DNA of 59,515 nt, filler included. It is 5 parts of 5 records of this genome, joined end to end, with 100 filler letters (N's around TTAATTAATTAA, not from the genome) between each part and the next. Parts side by side here need not be neighbours in the genome. Positions count along the whole stretch, not along the records: positions 32,004 to 41,725 come from SRR31156797_5186; positions 41,826 to 48,794 come from SRR31156797_5191; 3 more parts are not named here. One strand, written 5' to 3'. The translations under genes were made by a program, and so were the position numbers. Each line of letters begins with the position of its first letter. Positions within the stretch are counted from its first letter, which is position 1. Below the pieces are notes generated by a model. The model was not told where the DNA came from. It searched no databases and saw only the letters and a list, made by a program, of their open reading frames with translations. Below, piece by piece: positions 37,448 through 48,600 of the stretch.

Positions 37448-37904
37448 TTGCAACTACTTCTGCCATTGATTCGTCGAAAAAAGGATTTAATGCATCATAT
37501 AAGCCTGCTGATTGTATTGATTTAATAATATCATCAGAAAACCTCAATTTCCATAAAAGTTTTAGTTTCTTTTTCTCTGCAAGTTCATGAAAAGCTAAAA
37601 TCATTTGAACAAATGATAGGTCGAGTTCTGTTACCTCATCTGATACTATATCAATTTCTGTAGTTTGGTTTAATGCTTCATTGAACTTTTCCATTGCTGA
37701 AGCAGATTCTTGCACTACAAAACGGCTTCCCAGATTATATTCATTATGCTCCTTTTTAGCAGGGGCCTTCTTTACTGGTTTCGAGCCAGCAGGTTTCCTT
37801 TTTGGCTGAGCAGCCTTAGGGGCAGAAGCTTTTGGTTGCTTCTTATCGTTATCGATAGAGTCAATTACATTTCTAACTCCTTTTTTAAAACTCTTTCTGG
37901 CCAT
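37440..37904 (-). CDS. Hypothetical protein: basic N-terminal peptide, K/A/P-rich linker, STAS-like C-terminal domain
   Basis: MARKSFKKGVRNVI..., linker KQPKASAPKAAQPKRKPAGSKPVKKAPAKK, then DEVTELDLSFVQMILA resembling the STAS DxS motif; starts 1 nt after the parA stop. Confidence 0.7.
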   Translation of the reverse strand: MARKSFKKGVRNVIDSIDNDKKQPKASAPKAAQPKRKPAGSKPVKKAPAKKEHNEYNLGSRFVVQESASAMEKFNEALNQTTEIDIVSDEVTELDLSFVQMILAFHELAEKKKLKLLWKLRFSDDIIKSIQSAGLYDALNPFFDESMAEVVANG

Positions 37905-37905
37905 A

Positions 37906-38661
37906 TTAAGACATATTTTTTTGTAAAATTTCTTTTGTCAATGCTGCATAATCTTTAGCTCCTGCACTATCTTTTTTATAGGTGTAAATATCTTCTTTTA
38001 CTACCGGAGCTTCAGCCAATGCGATATTATTGCGAATCACTGTGTCATAAATATGATCGCTAAAAGCTTCCGAAACTGTTTCTCTAATATCTCGGTTTAA
38101 TACTTTTCGTTTGTCATATTGCGTTAAAAATAATCCACCCAAATGCAACTTCGGGTTAAGTCGGGATTTTACGATATCAATAGTTTCCATTATTTTCTTT
38201 AATCCATGTACCGCCAAATATTCTGATTGCACAGGTATAATTACGCTATCAGATGCAGCTAATGCATTTAAAGTTAGCAGCCCCAATGATGGTGGACAAT
38301 CCAGCAAAGTTATATCAAATGATTCGTCAATTTTATCGAGCATATCTTTAAGGAGCAGCTCACGCGCCGGAACAGCCGCTAACTCCATTTCGGCTCCCGA
38401 TAAATCAAGTACGGCAGGAATAACACTTAAATTTTTATTGACCTTAATCGGTTTTGGAACATATTCATTTTTCAACCCACCATAAATGTTATTCTCAAAA
38501 ACGCTGTCTAACCCCAAAGACTGCGAAAGGTTTGACTGTGGATCAAGATCAACTAAAAGTGTTTTCTTTTTCCTACGACTAAATCCTACACCCAGATTAA
38601 TAACTGATGTAGTTTTTCCAACACCACCTTTGTGGTTACAAATTGCAAAAGTTTTGCCCAT
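37906..38661 (-). CDS. parA: ParA/Soj family ATPase
   Basis: Deviant Walker A KGGVGKTT, VDLDPQSN, LDCPPSLG, IRNNIALAEAP. Confidence 0.93.
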   Translation of the reverse strand: MGKTFAICNHKGGVGKTTSVINLGVGFSRRKKKTLLVDLDPQSNLSQSLGLDSVFENNIYGGLKNEYVPKPIKVNKNLSVIPAVLDLSGAEMELAAVPARELLLKDMLDKIDESFDITLLDCPPSLGLLTLNALAASDSVIIPVQSEYLAVHGLKKIMETIDIVKSRLNPKLHLGGLFLTQYDKRKVLNRDIRETVSEAFSDHIYDTVIRNNIALAEAPVVKEDIYTYKKDSAGAKDYAALTKEILQKNMS

Positions 38662-38747
38662 ATCAAATTTGATTTGCTGATATACCGCAAATTACAAAAA
38701 AATAAGAGAAAAGAAGCAGGTGTTTTTATGTGATTTAAAATAAGTGC

Positions 38748-39662
38748 CTATCTGTTTTTAGGGCCAAGATTTTTCAAAAAATCATTCATTTTTGCCTGAA
38801 TATCATTGATTTCCCGCATCTTTGAATCCAACGAGTTATTAAACTCGGAAATTTGCTTGCGTAATTCCGCAACTTGTAGATCCATTAATGATAGCTTTTT
38901 CTCATCTGATGCATTCTTGGTTTCTTCAATTTTAACTTTGATGAAATCCATGAAATCATACAAGTAATTTTCAACTCCTACCTTAACATCAATATCACTT
39001 CCAAAGTCCTCATGTTTAATAAATTTCAGATCAAACATTACCTCTTTTTCATTCACATTTGTAACCAGATCGTTGAAGTAAGATAGATATTGGGTAAAAG
39101 GTGCCTGCAATGCCTGTGGCATATTAAAAACCTGCAACATTACCTTAGCAGCATCTGACCTTTTCTTTTCAGTAGCCAAATAATGCATGGTAGCGTAAAG
39201 GCCTCTTTTAATGACCTTTTGAGGTGGGAACTCAAAATCGTTTTCTTCTAAATAAAGTTCCTTTAGACTCAATAGGTCTATAAACTCAAGTGGAAGTGTT
39301 TTTAATTTACCATAACTGGCATCCAGTGATTTTAAGTTATACAATGAGCCTATTTCTTTGGGAAAGGTTGTAAACTCATTATGACTCATGTCAATTAGGC
39401 AAAGTGATTTGAGATGTCCTATTTCCGGAGGAAGCTCGTTAACTTTGTTTTTCAATAATAACAAAGTCTTCAATTTAACCAATTTACCTATTTCACGGGG
39501 AATTTTCTCAAGATAATTATAGCTTAAATCAAGGTGTTCCAAATGGGTAAGCTCGCCAATCTCTGGTGGGAGTTCGGTAAGGTCACGATTTGAAAGGTCG
39601 AGACTTTTGGATTTTTTATCCTTGGCTTTCTTAATGAAAAAAATTAACTCTTCCTTATCCAT
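38748..39662 (-). CDS. Leucine-rich repeat protein with C-terminal coiled coil
   Basis: About five 23-aa LRRs (LDLSxNxLxxLPxEIGxL), PP..V...G cap, helical C-terminus. Confidence 0.9.
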   Translation of the reverse strand: MDKEELIFFIKKAKDKKSKSLDLSNRDLTELPPEIGELTHLEHLDLSYNYLEKIPREIGKLVKLKTLLLLKNKVNELPPEIGHLKSLCLIDMSHNEFTTFPKEIGSLYNLKSLDASYGKLKTLPLEFIDLLSLKELYLEENDFEFPPQKVIKRGLYATMHYLATEKKRSDAAKVMLQVFNMPQALQAPFTQYLSYFNDLVTNVNEKEVMFDLKFIKHEDFGSDIDVKVGVENYLYDFMDFIKVKIEETKNASDEKKLSLMDLQVAELRKQISEFNNSLDSKMREINDIQAKMNDFLKNLGPKNR

Positions 39663-39745
39663 ACAGGTGGTAATTTACAGATGCTCAAATTTACTAATAA
39701 TTTGTTAATAATTGCATGTGTGCAATCTTTTTCACCAATCCTGAA

Positions 39746-40513
39746 CTACCCTCGGGTAAATACCCACTGATTATCTTTCGATTGGTTTACATCAAACATG
39801 TACCCTTCTTCATCGAAATTTTTGAGTTGCTCAGGTTCTGTAATTCTATTTCGAATTGCATAAGCTGTCATTAATCCGCGTGCTTTCTTAGCATACACCG
39901 CAACAACCTTGTACTGATTGTTCTTTAGTTCTTTAAAAACCGGTGTAATAACGTTTACCGACAATGCTTTCACATTCACAGCTTTAAAGTACTCATTTGA
40001 AGCAAGATTAATTAGGGTATTACTACCTGATTTTTCAGTATCTCGATTTATTTTTCGAGCAATTTTCTCACCCCAAAACTCATAGAGATTATTTGTTTTT
40101 CCAAGTTCAAGTTTGGTTGCCATTTCAAGACGATAAGGCTGTATTAGGTCAAGGGGTCTTAAAAATCCATATAGACCTGAAATAATTTTAAGATGCTCCT
40201 GTGCATAAGCCATGGCATCCTCATCAAATTGGGATATATTCAATCCATTATAAGCCTCTCCATTGAATGCATAAATACATTGCTTACTGTTTTTATTATT
40301 GTGGTTTTTCTCCCAGGCCTTATGTCTAATAGTATTTAACTCTGCCAGGTTGGAGCTTATGTTCATTAGTTTTCCCAATTCATTGGAAGTATATTGTTTA
40401 AGCTTACCTATAATCACTTCAGCCTCAGAAGTAAATTCAGGCATTGAATAAGTGTCAACTTTTGATTTTTCCTCAAAATTTAATGTCTTAGCAGGGGATA
40501 GTATGATTTGCAT
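39746..40513 (-). CDS. yaaA: Peroxide stress protein YaaA
   Basis: LSPAKTL, SGLYGFLRPLDLIQPYRLEM, INLASNEY, AKKARGLM. Confidence 0.96.
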   Translation of the reverse strand: MQIILSPAKTLNFEEKSKVDTYSMPEFTSEAEVIIGKLKQYTSNELGKLMNISSNLAELNTIRHKAWEKNHNNKNSKQCIYAFNGEAYNGLNISQFDEDAMAYAQEHLKIISGLYGFLRPLDLIQPYRLEMATKLELGKTNNLYEFWGEKIARKINRDTEKSGSNTLINLASNEYFKAVNVKALSVNVITPVFKELKNNQYKVVAVYAKKARGLMTAYAIRNRITEPEQLKNFDEEGYMFDVNQSKDNQWVFTRG

Positions 40514-40524
40514 TTTTTATTTTC

Positions 40525-41118
40525 TTAGACACCTGAAGTCACAAATTGTTTGATGATGCGAGGATAATGAACATATTCCAATTCATGTACTTTGGCAGCT
40601 ATTGTTTCAGGTGTATCATCTCTTGATAAAATAACTTTTTCCTGAAAAACAATATCTCCATCATCATATTTTTCATTCACCTTGTGAATAGTTATGCCTG
40701 TTTCAGATTCTCCATTTTCCCAAACAGCTTTATGTACGTTTTCTCCGTACATTCCTTTTCCACCATAATCAGGCAAGAGAGCCGGATGGATATTTAAAAT
40801 TCTGTTCTCGAAAGCTTTGACAATATGCGAAGGCACTAACCATAGAAATCCGGCTAAAACTACATAATCTGCTTTCTGCTCTAGTAAAATATCTAAAACG
40901 CGGTTAGTTTTATATAAATCATCTCTGTTAAAAGTAAAAACAGGTATATAATGATTCTTAGCTCTCGTAATTACATAAGCTTTTGGATTGTTTGTAAATA
41001 CGCTACCTATTATGATTCTTTCATCATTTTTAAAAAATTGAATAATTTTTTCAGTATTCGTTCCTGACCCACTGGCGAAAATTGCAATTCTAATTTTTGG
41101 AATGCTAGATGATGTCAT
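40525..41118 (-). CDS. purN: Phosphoribosylglycinamide formyltransferase
   Basis: FASGSGTN, LAGFL, NIHPALLP.YGG.GMYG, YDDG. Confidence 0.96.
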   Translation of the reverse strand: MTSSSIPKIRIAIFASGSGTNTEKIIQFFKNDERIIIGSVFTNNPKAYVITRAKNHYIPVFTFNRDDLYKTNRVLDILLEQKADYVVLAGFLWLVPSHIVKAFENRILNIHPALLPDYGGKGMYGENVHKAVWENGESETGITIHKVNEKYDDGDIVFQEKVILSRDDTPETIAAKVHELEYVHYPRIIKQFVTSGV

Positions 41119-41125
41119 ATTTGTG

Positions 41126-41605
41126 CTAATTAAATAGTGTATTTTCGGGATTTTCGTAGCCTATATCTACTTTCAAATTTGGAGATTTAGATGCATCAAC
41201 AGCCAATTGGTCTGCCCTGTTATTCAACGCATCGTTTGCATGACCCTTTACCCAATTAAATTTTATATCAGGGAAGTTTTTATAAATTTTTAAAAACCTG
41301 ATCCACAAGTCGGGATTTTTAGTTTTTTTAAAGCTCTTTCTCTCCCAGTTTTGCAGCCATCCTTGTTCTATGGCGTCTACTACATATTTGCTGTCGGAAT
41401 AAATTCGAATGGGTAGATTGGGTGTTTTCATAGATTCTAGAGCAACTATAACTGCAAGTAATTCCATGCGATTATTTGTAGTACGTTGAAAGCCCTCAGC
41501 AATTGTTTTTTCATGTCCCTTATACAACATTACTACACCATAGCCCCCGGGGCCGGGATTTCCGCTAGCTGCTCCATCGGTGTATATAATTACTTCCTTT
41601 CCCAT
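41126..41605 (-). CDS. rnhA: Ribonuclease HI
   Basis: YTDGA..GNPGPGGYG, TTNNRMEL, SDSKY, NPDLW, WVKGH. Confidence 0.97.
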   Translation of the reverse strand: MGKEVIIYTDGAASGNPGPGGYGVVMLYKGHEKTIAEGFQRTTNNRMELLAVIVALESMKTPNLPIRIYSDSKYVVDAIEQGWLQNWERKSFKKTKNPDLWIRFLKIYKNFPDIKFNWVKGHANDALNNRADQLAVDASKSPNLKVDIGYENPENTLFN

Positions 41606-41609
41606 GCTG

Positions 41610-41617
41610 CAAAAGTA
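41610..41617 (-). promoter_or_regulatory. Bacteroidota -7 promoter element of rnhA
   Basis: TACTTTTG matches TAnnTTTG; 4 nt upstream of the ATG. Confidence 0.6.
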
Positions 41618-41725
41618 ACTAAAATGCAGCAGTAAGCCTTAGATAAATATTGCAAAAATATTAGCTACTGTCACTTTCTGCTTAAGAAACAAGCTAAAAA
41701 ATTGCAACCATTTATTTTTAAATGT

Positions 41726-41825
41726 NNNNNNNNNNNNNNNNNNNNNNNNNNNNNNNNNNNNNNNNNNNNTTAATTAATTAANNNNNNNNNNNNNNNNNNN
41801 NNNNNNNNNNNNNNNNNNNNNNNNN
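41726..41825. other. Artificial contig linker
   Basis: 44 N + TTAATTAATTAA + 44 N. Confidence 0.99.
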
Positions 41826-41826
41826 C

Positions 41827-42714
41827 TTGTATTCAGGAGTATTGTTTCATGCTTTATCCGATATCGTTGCGCAAGTGTACTCAAAAGCAGACTTAATTCT
41901 TGGAGTAGGCTACGATCCCGTTGAACTCAACTACGAAAACTGGATGCCGGAGATCCCATTAATTCATATGGATTCGAAACCGGCAGATATTGATAATGAA
42001 AAAATTCCGGAGGTATTAAATATCGTTGGGAATTTAGAAAATACATTAAAAGAATTGTTAAAAACAGAGACTCCATCAAAGAATTGGAATCCTGAATTTT
42101 TAAAGGAAAATAAGAATGAGCTTATTCAAAAACTAACTCCCGAGCCTGGTTCATTTGGACCTTTGACTGTTGTTTCCGAATTAAGAAAAGCATTACCAGA
42201 GAATGGAATTTTGTCTGTTGATGTTGGTGCTCACCTGCATTTGATTGGGCAATATTGGACAACACCAGAACCCGGCAAATTGTTAATGACAAATGGCTGG
42301 TCGGGAATGGGATATGCCATACCCGCTGCAATGGCTGCCAAACTTTGTTATCCCGAGTTACCGGTAGTGGCTGTGATGGGGGATGGTGGCTTTTTAATGA
42401 TGGTAGGAGAATTGGCAACAGCTAAGCGTCTTAACCTAAAAATTGTTTTTATTGTAATTTGCGATAATAGTCTTTCATTAATTAGAATAAAACAAGAAAA
42501 AAAGAATTATCATTCAAACTATGGAACCGATTTGGAAATTCACGCTTTGGAGCCAACAAACCATTATTTTGGTGTACCTGTACTTCGGGCCACAAATAAA
42601 CAATCCTTTGTGGACTCCCTTTCCGAAGCTTTTAATTTTGAGGGTTCGGTTGTTATTGAAGCAGTTGTTGAGGGGAGTGAATATAATGAGTTGGTCTTAA
42701 ATGCAAATAAATAG
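41827..42714 (+). CDS. Thiamine diphosphate-binding enzyme (acetolactate synthase-like), 5'-truncated
   Basis: DVGAH, NGWSGMGYAIPAA, ThDP motif GDGGFLM...CDN. Confidence 0.88.
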   Translation: MYSGVLFHALSDIVAQVYSKADLILGVGYDPVELNYENWMPEIPLIHMDSKPADIDNEKIPEVLNIVGNLENTLKELLKTETPSKNWNPEFLKENKNELIQKLTPEPGSFGPLTVVSELRKALPENGILSVDVGAHLHLIGQYWTTPEPGKLLMTNGWSGMGYAIPAAMAAKLCYPELPVVAVMGDGGFLMMVGELATAKRLNLKIVFIVICDNSLSLIRIKQEKKNYHSNYGTDLEIHALEPTNHYFGVPVLRATNKQSFVDSLSEAFNFEGSVVIEAVVEGSEYNELVLNANK

Positions 42715-42738
42715 TATTTTAGGAGATTTATATCAATT

Positions 42739-45183
42739 ATGCAAACCAACAAGCAACTGGAATTAGCTTATGATTTTGTTCAATACACCGGACAAAATAT
42801 TTTTTTAACCGGTAAAGCCGGAACAGGGAAAACTACCTTTTTAAAAAGTTTAAAGGAACGTTTGCCAAAACGTATGATTGTGGTGGCACCAACGGGAGTA
42901 GCTGCAATTAACGCGGGAGGAGTAACCATTCATTCCTTTTTTCAACTATCATTTTCCCCTCAAATTGGCAAGATTGGAGAACACGACAGCGGGCAGCGTT
43001 TTAATAAAGAAAAAATCAATATTATGCGTACCCTCGACCTGCTGGTTATAGATGAAATTAGTATGGTGCGGGCTGATATTTTAGATGCTATTGACCGCAC
43101 CCTGCGTCGTTTTAAAAACCGGTTGAAACCATTTGGAGGGGCGCAGGTATTAATGATTGGCGATTTGCAGCAGCTGGCACCAGTGGTAAAAAGTGAAGAA
43201 TGGGGTTTGCTTCGCAGAGAATATGATACTCCTTTCTTTTTTAGCAGCAAGGCTTTAAAACAATTTCCTTACGTAAGCATTGAACTTACCCAGGTTTTTC
43301 GCCAACAAGACGAAAGATTCATTTCCTTGCTAAATAAAGTTCGCGAGAACAAACTGGATGATGACGCTTTAAATGCCTTAAATTCAAGGTATATTCCCGA
43401 TTATGCCCCAGATGAAGAAGAAGGTTACATTACGCTTTGTACGCATAATTTTAGTGCACAACGCATTAATGAAACAAAGTTGAGTGAAATTCCAGGGGCT
43501 AAAAAGAAGTTTAAAGCTGTGGTTCAAGGCAAGTTCCCGGAATATTCATATCCTACTGATTTTGAGTTGGAGTTAAAAACAGGGGCACAGGTAATGTTTG
43601 TTAAAAACGATTCAAATCCGGAGAAAAGATTTTATAACGGTAAAATTGGCCAGATTCAAAAGATAGATGAAAAAACAGTTCATGTTTTATGTCCGGGTGA
43701 AGAAGAGGAAATAGTTCTGGAAGCACAAACCTGGGAAAATTATAAGTATAGCATCGATAAAGAAAACGGCGAAATTAGAGAAAAGTTGGAAGGAGCTTTT
43801 ACACAAGTGCCGCTAAAACTGGCTTGGGCAATAACCATTCATAAAAGCCAGGGATTAACTTTTGAAAAAGCAATTATCGATGCCGAGGCTTCTTTTGCTC
43901 ACGGACAGGTGTATGTTGCGCTTAGTCGTTGTAAAACATTGGAAGGCATGGTTTTATCATCAAAAATAGCCGGCAGTAGTATTGTTAACGATCGCACGGT
44001 AAATGGTTTTATAAAAGATGTGGAAGAAAACCAGCCAGGTAACAAAGAGTTAACTGAAGCAAAATTGGCTTTTCAGAAAGAGCAACTTACAGAGTTATTC
44101 CGGTTTTATCGTGCCGAATACCTGCTACGTTCTATTGCGAAACTTTTTGCTGAAAATAAAGGTGCTTTTCCTGAACTAACAATTACCTGGTTTGAGAAAA
44201 TAAGAAATGATTTGGAAACCGGAGTAATTGAGGTGGCTGGGAAATTTCATAACCAAATAATAGAACTATTGCGCCGACAGGCTGATGTATCTAAAAATGC
44301 AAGGCTTCAGGAAAGGGTTCAAAAAGCGGCAACCTACTTTGGCGAAAAAATAGAAGGTTTTCTGGCAGAATTAAAAACTGTGGACCTGGACATCGATAAT
44401 AAAAAAGTAAAAAGCCAATTTAAAAAATATGTAACCGATTTTAAAGAGGATGCAAGTATGAAACTACTGGCCTTTAGTGAATGTGTTGAAGGATTTGATG
44501 TAAAACGCATTATGGATGCCCGTGCCAGGGCTTTGGTTTCCAAGAGTAAAACAAGCGGGAAACTTAAGGCCAAAGAAGTTACTGATTTTTCCAGTGTGCC
44601 ACATCCCGAAGTTTTTAACCAGTTACGTGCTTATCGTCACGAAAAGGCAAGTGAATCTGATGTTCCGGCTTACATGATTTTTTCTCAGAAAGTGCTGTAC
44701 GAATTGGTAAATTACCTGCCTGTGGATTCTGTGTCGCTAAAAATGATAAATGGATTAGGTAGTAAAAAAATAGAAAAGTTTGGAGCAGATATTATTGGGA
44801 TAATTCAACATTATTGCAACGATAACAATATTGAAAAAGGAGAAATCCCGCTTAGTGAGGAAAAAGAAAAGAAACCAAAGGTTGATACAAAAAAGATTAG
44901 TTTCGAACAGTTTCAGGCTGGGAAAACCATTGAAGAGATTGCCAGGGAAAGAGCCTTAACGATAAATACCATCGAAAATCATCTGGCACATTTTGTAAAG
45001 TTAGGAGATCTGGATATTACATCAATAATGGCGGAAGACAAGCTCGGAAAGATTTTGGATTACTTTGAAAGAAACGAAAGCAAAAGTTTTGGAGAGGCTA
45101 AAATTCATTTTGGTAACGAGGTAAGTTATGGTGAACTGAGGCTAGGACTAAGCCACTGGGAAAGCACAAAGCACAATAAATAA
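42739..45183 (+). CDS. Pif1-family DNA helicase with HRDC and C-terminal HTH domains
   Basis: GKAGTGKT, APTGVAA, IDEISMV, GDLQQL, AWAITIHKSQGLT, YVALSR; HRDC (VPAYMIF), HTH (TIENHL). Confidence 0.93.
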   Translation: MQTNKQLELAYDFVQYTGQNIFLTGKAGTGKTTFLKSLKERLPKRMIVVAPTGVAAINAGGVTIHSFFQLSFSPQIGKIGEHDSGQRFNKEKINIMRTLDLLVIDEISMVRADILDAIDRTLRRFKNRLKPFGGAQVLMIGDLQQLAPVVKSEEWGLLRREYDTPFFFSSKALKQFPYVSIELTQVFRQQDERFISLLNKVRENKLDDDALNALNSRYIPDYAPDEEEGYITLCTHNFSAQRINETKLSEIPGAKKKFKAVVQGKFPEYSYPTDFELELKTGAQVMFVKNDSNPEKRFYNGKIGQIQKIDEKTVHVLCPGEEEEIVLEAQTWENYKYSIDKENGEIREKLEGAFTQVPLKLAWAITIHKSQGLTFEKAIIDAEASFAHGQVYVALSRCKTLEGMVLSSKIAGSSIVNDRTVNGFIKDVEENQPGNKELTEAKLAFQKEQLTELFRFYRAEYLLRSIAKLFAENKGAFPELTITWFEKIRNDLETGVIEVAGKFHNQIIELLRRQADVSKNARLQERVQKAATYFGEKIEGFLAELKTVDLDIDNKKVKSQFKKYVTDFKEDASMKLLAFSECVEGFDVKRIMDARARALVSKSKTSGKLKAKEVTDFSSVPHPEVFNQLRAYRHEKASESDVPAYMIFSQKVLYELVNYLPVDSVSLKMINGLGSKKIEKFGADIIGIIQHYCNDNNIEKGEIPLSEEKEKKPKVDTKKISFEQFQAGKTIEEIARERALTINTIENHLAHFVKLGDLDITSIMAEDKLGKILDYFERNESKSFGEAKIHFGNEVSYGELRLGLSHWESTKHNK

Positions 45184-45200
45184 TGTCAATTCGATTATAA

Positions 45201-45231
45201 AATGCCGCATTGGATGCGGCAATTATTTTTT
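45201..45231 (+). terminator. Probable intrinsic terminator
   Basis: TGCCGCAT-TGG-ATGCGGCA followed by ATTATTTTTT. Confidence 0.65.
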
Positions 45232-45638
45232 GATTTATCAAGGCGGAAAATTTTAGCATAGCCTTAGCTACATTATAATTTTTCAACAAAGAGAAATCGA
45301 AAAAGAATAAGCTTATATGCGGCATCTTGTGGTTAATTTGGTATAATGCCATAAAGAGTTTAATAGTTTGAACAAACCAAAACGAATTAATAATAATTGG
45401 ATTTTAGATTGCTGAGCTGTAATAACTTTGACAACACGAAGACCTATGCTGAATAAAACTTTTATGCCATTGATGAAAATGATTACGCTATTTTGAGCTA
45501 TTTTTGACCAGGATTTTGTCGGGAAGGAATTTGTAAAATTAAAATGAACGACAAGAAATTGTAGCTTATAAAGATTCACACCTGGTATTACATACTTCTG
45601 ATTGCGCTGAGTTATTAAGAGATAAACTTAATTAGACA

Positions 45639-48600
45639 ATGAAACTATTGTGCTGTTTTTTGGTTCTCTGCTTTGCGCTGAATATAAAAATATATTCACA
45701 GCAATATAATTTTACAAACTATACTATTAACGATGGTTTACCGCAAAGTGTAGTTAATTGCCTTTTTCAGGATTCTCAAGGATTTATTTGGGTAGGTACC
45801 CAAAACGGACTTAGCCGGTTCGACGGCGAAAATTTCATAAACTATCGCTTTAATCCTTCCGATCCTAATTCCATTTCAAATAACTGGGTTTACGCCATAT
45901 CAGAGGATTCTGACGGTAACTTGTGGATAGGAACAAAGGGAGGGTTAGACAAGTTTCTGAGAAAAGAGAATCACTTCTTACGCTTATATTATGATACCGG
46001 TTTTTCTCATGATGTTACATTACATAGCTACAATAATATTTGTCGGGAGAATGGAGATATTCTGGTTCATACTCCCCCGGTACTTTCCAGCTTCAATTTA
46101 GAGAAACAGGAATTTGTTCATTACTTCAGTAACATGGATTACGACGCGGCAGTAAAAGATGTTAAGCTGCCAATTCTGGAAGATAAAAATGGAAGGATAT
46201 GGTTGGGGTGCACAAAAGGATTGAGGATTTTTTCTTTTGAAAACAAAGAGTTTGTTCAACCATCCTTTGTTTCTGTTCAGGGTGACTCTTTACTTGAAGT
46301 TAATGTAACAGCCATTTATCAAGACAACGAAGAAAATGTTTGGGTAGGAACAACAAATGGATTGTTCTTGTACAACCAGGAGAGAAATAGTTTCGAAGAG
46401 ATTGAATTTTTATTGCAATCAGGAGAGTATTTTTCATTTGATATTTGTATTCGTGGAATTATAAAAGATAAGTCGGGAAAACTTTTTATTGGAACGGAGG
46501 GACGTGGCTTGTTCATCATTTCGGGTAATCCGGGAGAAAAATATGTGATTAGGGATTACACCTCTGAAAACAGCTCTATTAGCCACGATATTGTTCAAAC
46601 CCTGTACATTGATAAATCTGAGAATTTATGGATAGGTACGATATCAGGAATTAGTAAGGTTGATTTAAAACGAAACAAGTTTGATTTGTATAGAAAGGAT
46701 AATTCTCCTAACTCTGTTAATCTGCTGGGTAATGTTATTGCCGGAATGTATAAAGATGAAAATGGATTGTTTTGGGTTGGAAACTGGGGGCAGGGATTAA
46801 ATCTTGTAAATCCGGTAACAAAGGAGGTTGAGCATTTTTCATCGCAACAAACAGGAAACAATTTTATTCCTAACGATTTTGTACATGTAATTTTTAAAGA
46901 TGCCAGCGATAATGTTTTGCTTGGTACCCGAAATGGGATATATGTATACCAGAAAGAAAAGCGTCGCTTTGAAGAATGGACAAGATTTTTTAACGATCCA
47001 AATTTGCCCGTTTTTGAAAATACCCGAATTTACCAAATCATTCAGGATCGTTTGGGTAATTATTGGATTGGAACCTCAAATGGCCTCTACAAGGTAAATC
47101 TTGAGAAGTCGGTTGTAGATATTTTTCAGCAGCATTTAAATGATGATCGAAAAGTTAGCGCAAACCTGGTTTACAGCCTGCTGGAAGATAGCGATGGCTT
47201 AATATGGATTGCTACTATAAGTGGCCTTGACGTTTATAATCCATTAACAAACAACATAACACACCATTATAAAACCGAAGGGGGATTAACCAGTAATTTT
47301 GTGATTACGCTGTGCGAAGACAGCCTTAAGCGTATTTGGATTGGAACCAATGCAGCGATAAATATCTTTGATAAACAAGCGTTGGAGTTTACTTATTTTG
47401 GCGAAGAAAACGGATTACCGAGTAATTATATTTATGAGATTGTTGAAGACAAAAATAACGATCTTTGGCTGGCAACCGGGAATGGTCTTTGCCGGTATGG
47501 AATTTCTACCAACCGACTCCAGGTGTATACTTCCGATAATGGTTTACAAAGTTCTGAGTTTAATTTGAGGGCAGCTTATGCAAGTACCGATGGACAACTA
47601 ATGTTTGGCGGGATGAATGGATTTAATACTTTTTATCCCGATTCCATAGAGTCTAATCCTTATATTCCCAACCTTGTAGTCACCTCTTTTAAAACAACAA
47701 CAAACGAATCAACACAAGAGCTTAATCTTGCATATACAAACAAGGTTGTTTTACGGCACAATATTCAATCTTTTTCAATCGAGTTTGCAGCTTTGGAGTT
47801 CACTAATCCCGAAGAAAACAATTTTGCCTATAAAATGGAAGGTGTGTCAGATGAATGGATTCAAATTGGGAATCGGAAATTTGTTCCGTTTTATGCACTT
47901 CCTCCAGGTAGATATAAGTTTTATGTAAAAGCATCGAATAATGATGGCTTATGGAATAATAAAGGCGTTTCTCTCGATATAATCGTTCTGCCTCCCTGGC
48001 GCAGAAGTATTTATGCTTATATAAGCTATGTAGTGTTACTTGGTTTGGGGATTTTGGCTTATGTGAAATTACGCGAGCGACGTCTGAGACTTGATAAACT
48101 TCGTTTGGAAAAAATGGTATTGGAGCGAACAATACAGATTAAAAACCAAAACAAGGTAATAACCGCTAAAAATGAAGAGTTAAACGATTTGAACAAGGCA
48201 AAAGATAAGTTCTTCTCGATTATCGGACACGATTTGCTGAATCAGTTCAATATTATCATTGGTTTTTCGGAAGGTCTTTTACACAATTCGAAAAAAATGG
48301 ACAATAAAAAACGGGAGCATTATATTTCTAATATTTATAAATCGTCGATGCTGGCACAGGATTTATTGGGGAATTTGCTTACCTGGGCAAGACTCCAGCA
48401 AAATGCCATAGTTTTTAAACCGGAAAGAATTGAAGCAGCTGCCAAGATCAGAGACCTAATCCGTTTTCATGAAGAGGTGGCTTTAAAGAAAAACATATTG
48501 ATAGAAGTTTTTACAAAGGAGGAAATAAATATTAAAGCCGATGTAAATATGTTCGCTACCATTGTGCGGAATTTGTTGGCCAATGCCTTAAAATTTACCC

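Noticed and set aside
45098-45579. Two minus-strand ORFs between the helicase and the sensor kinase
   Set aside because: No motifs, overlap a terminator and the promoter region; likely non-coding.
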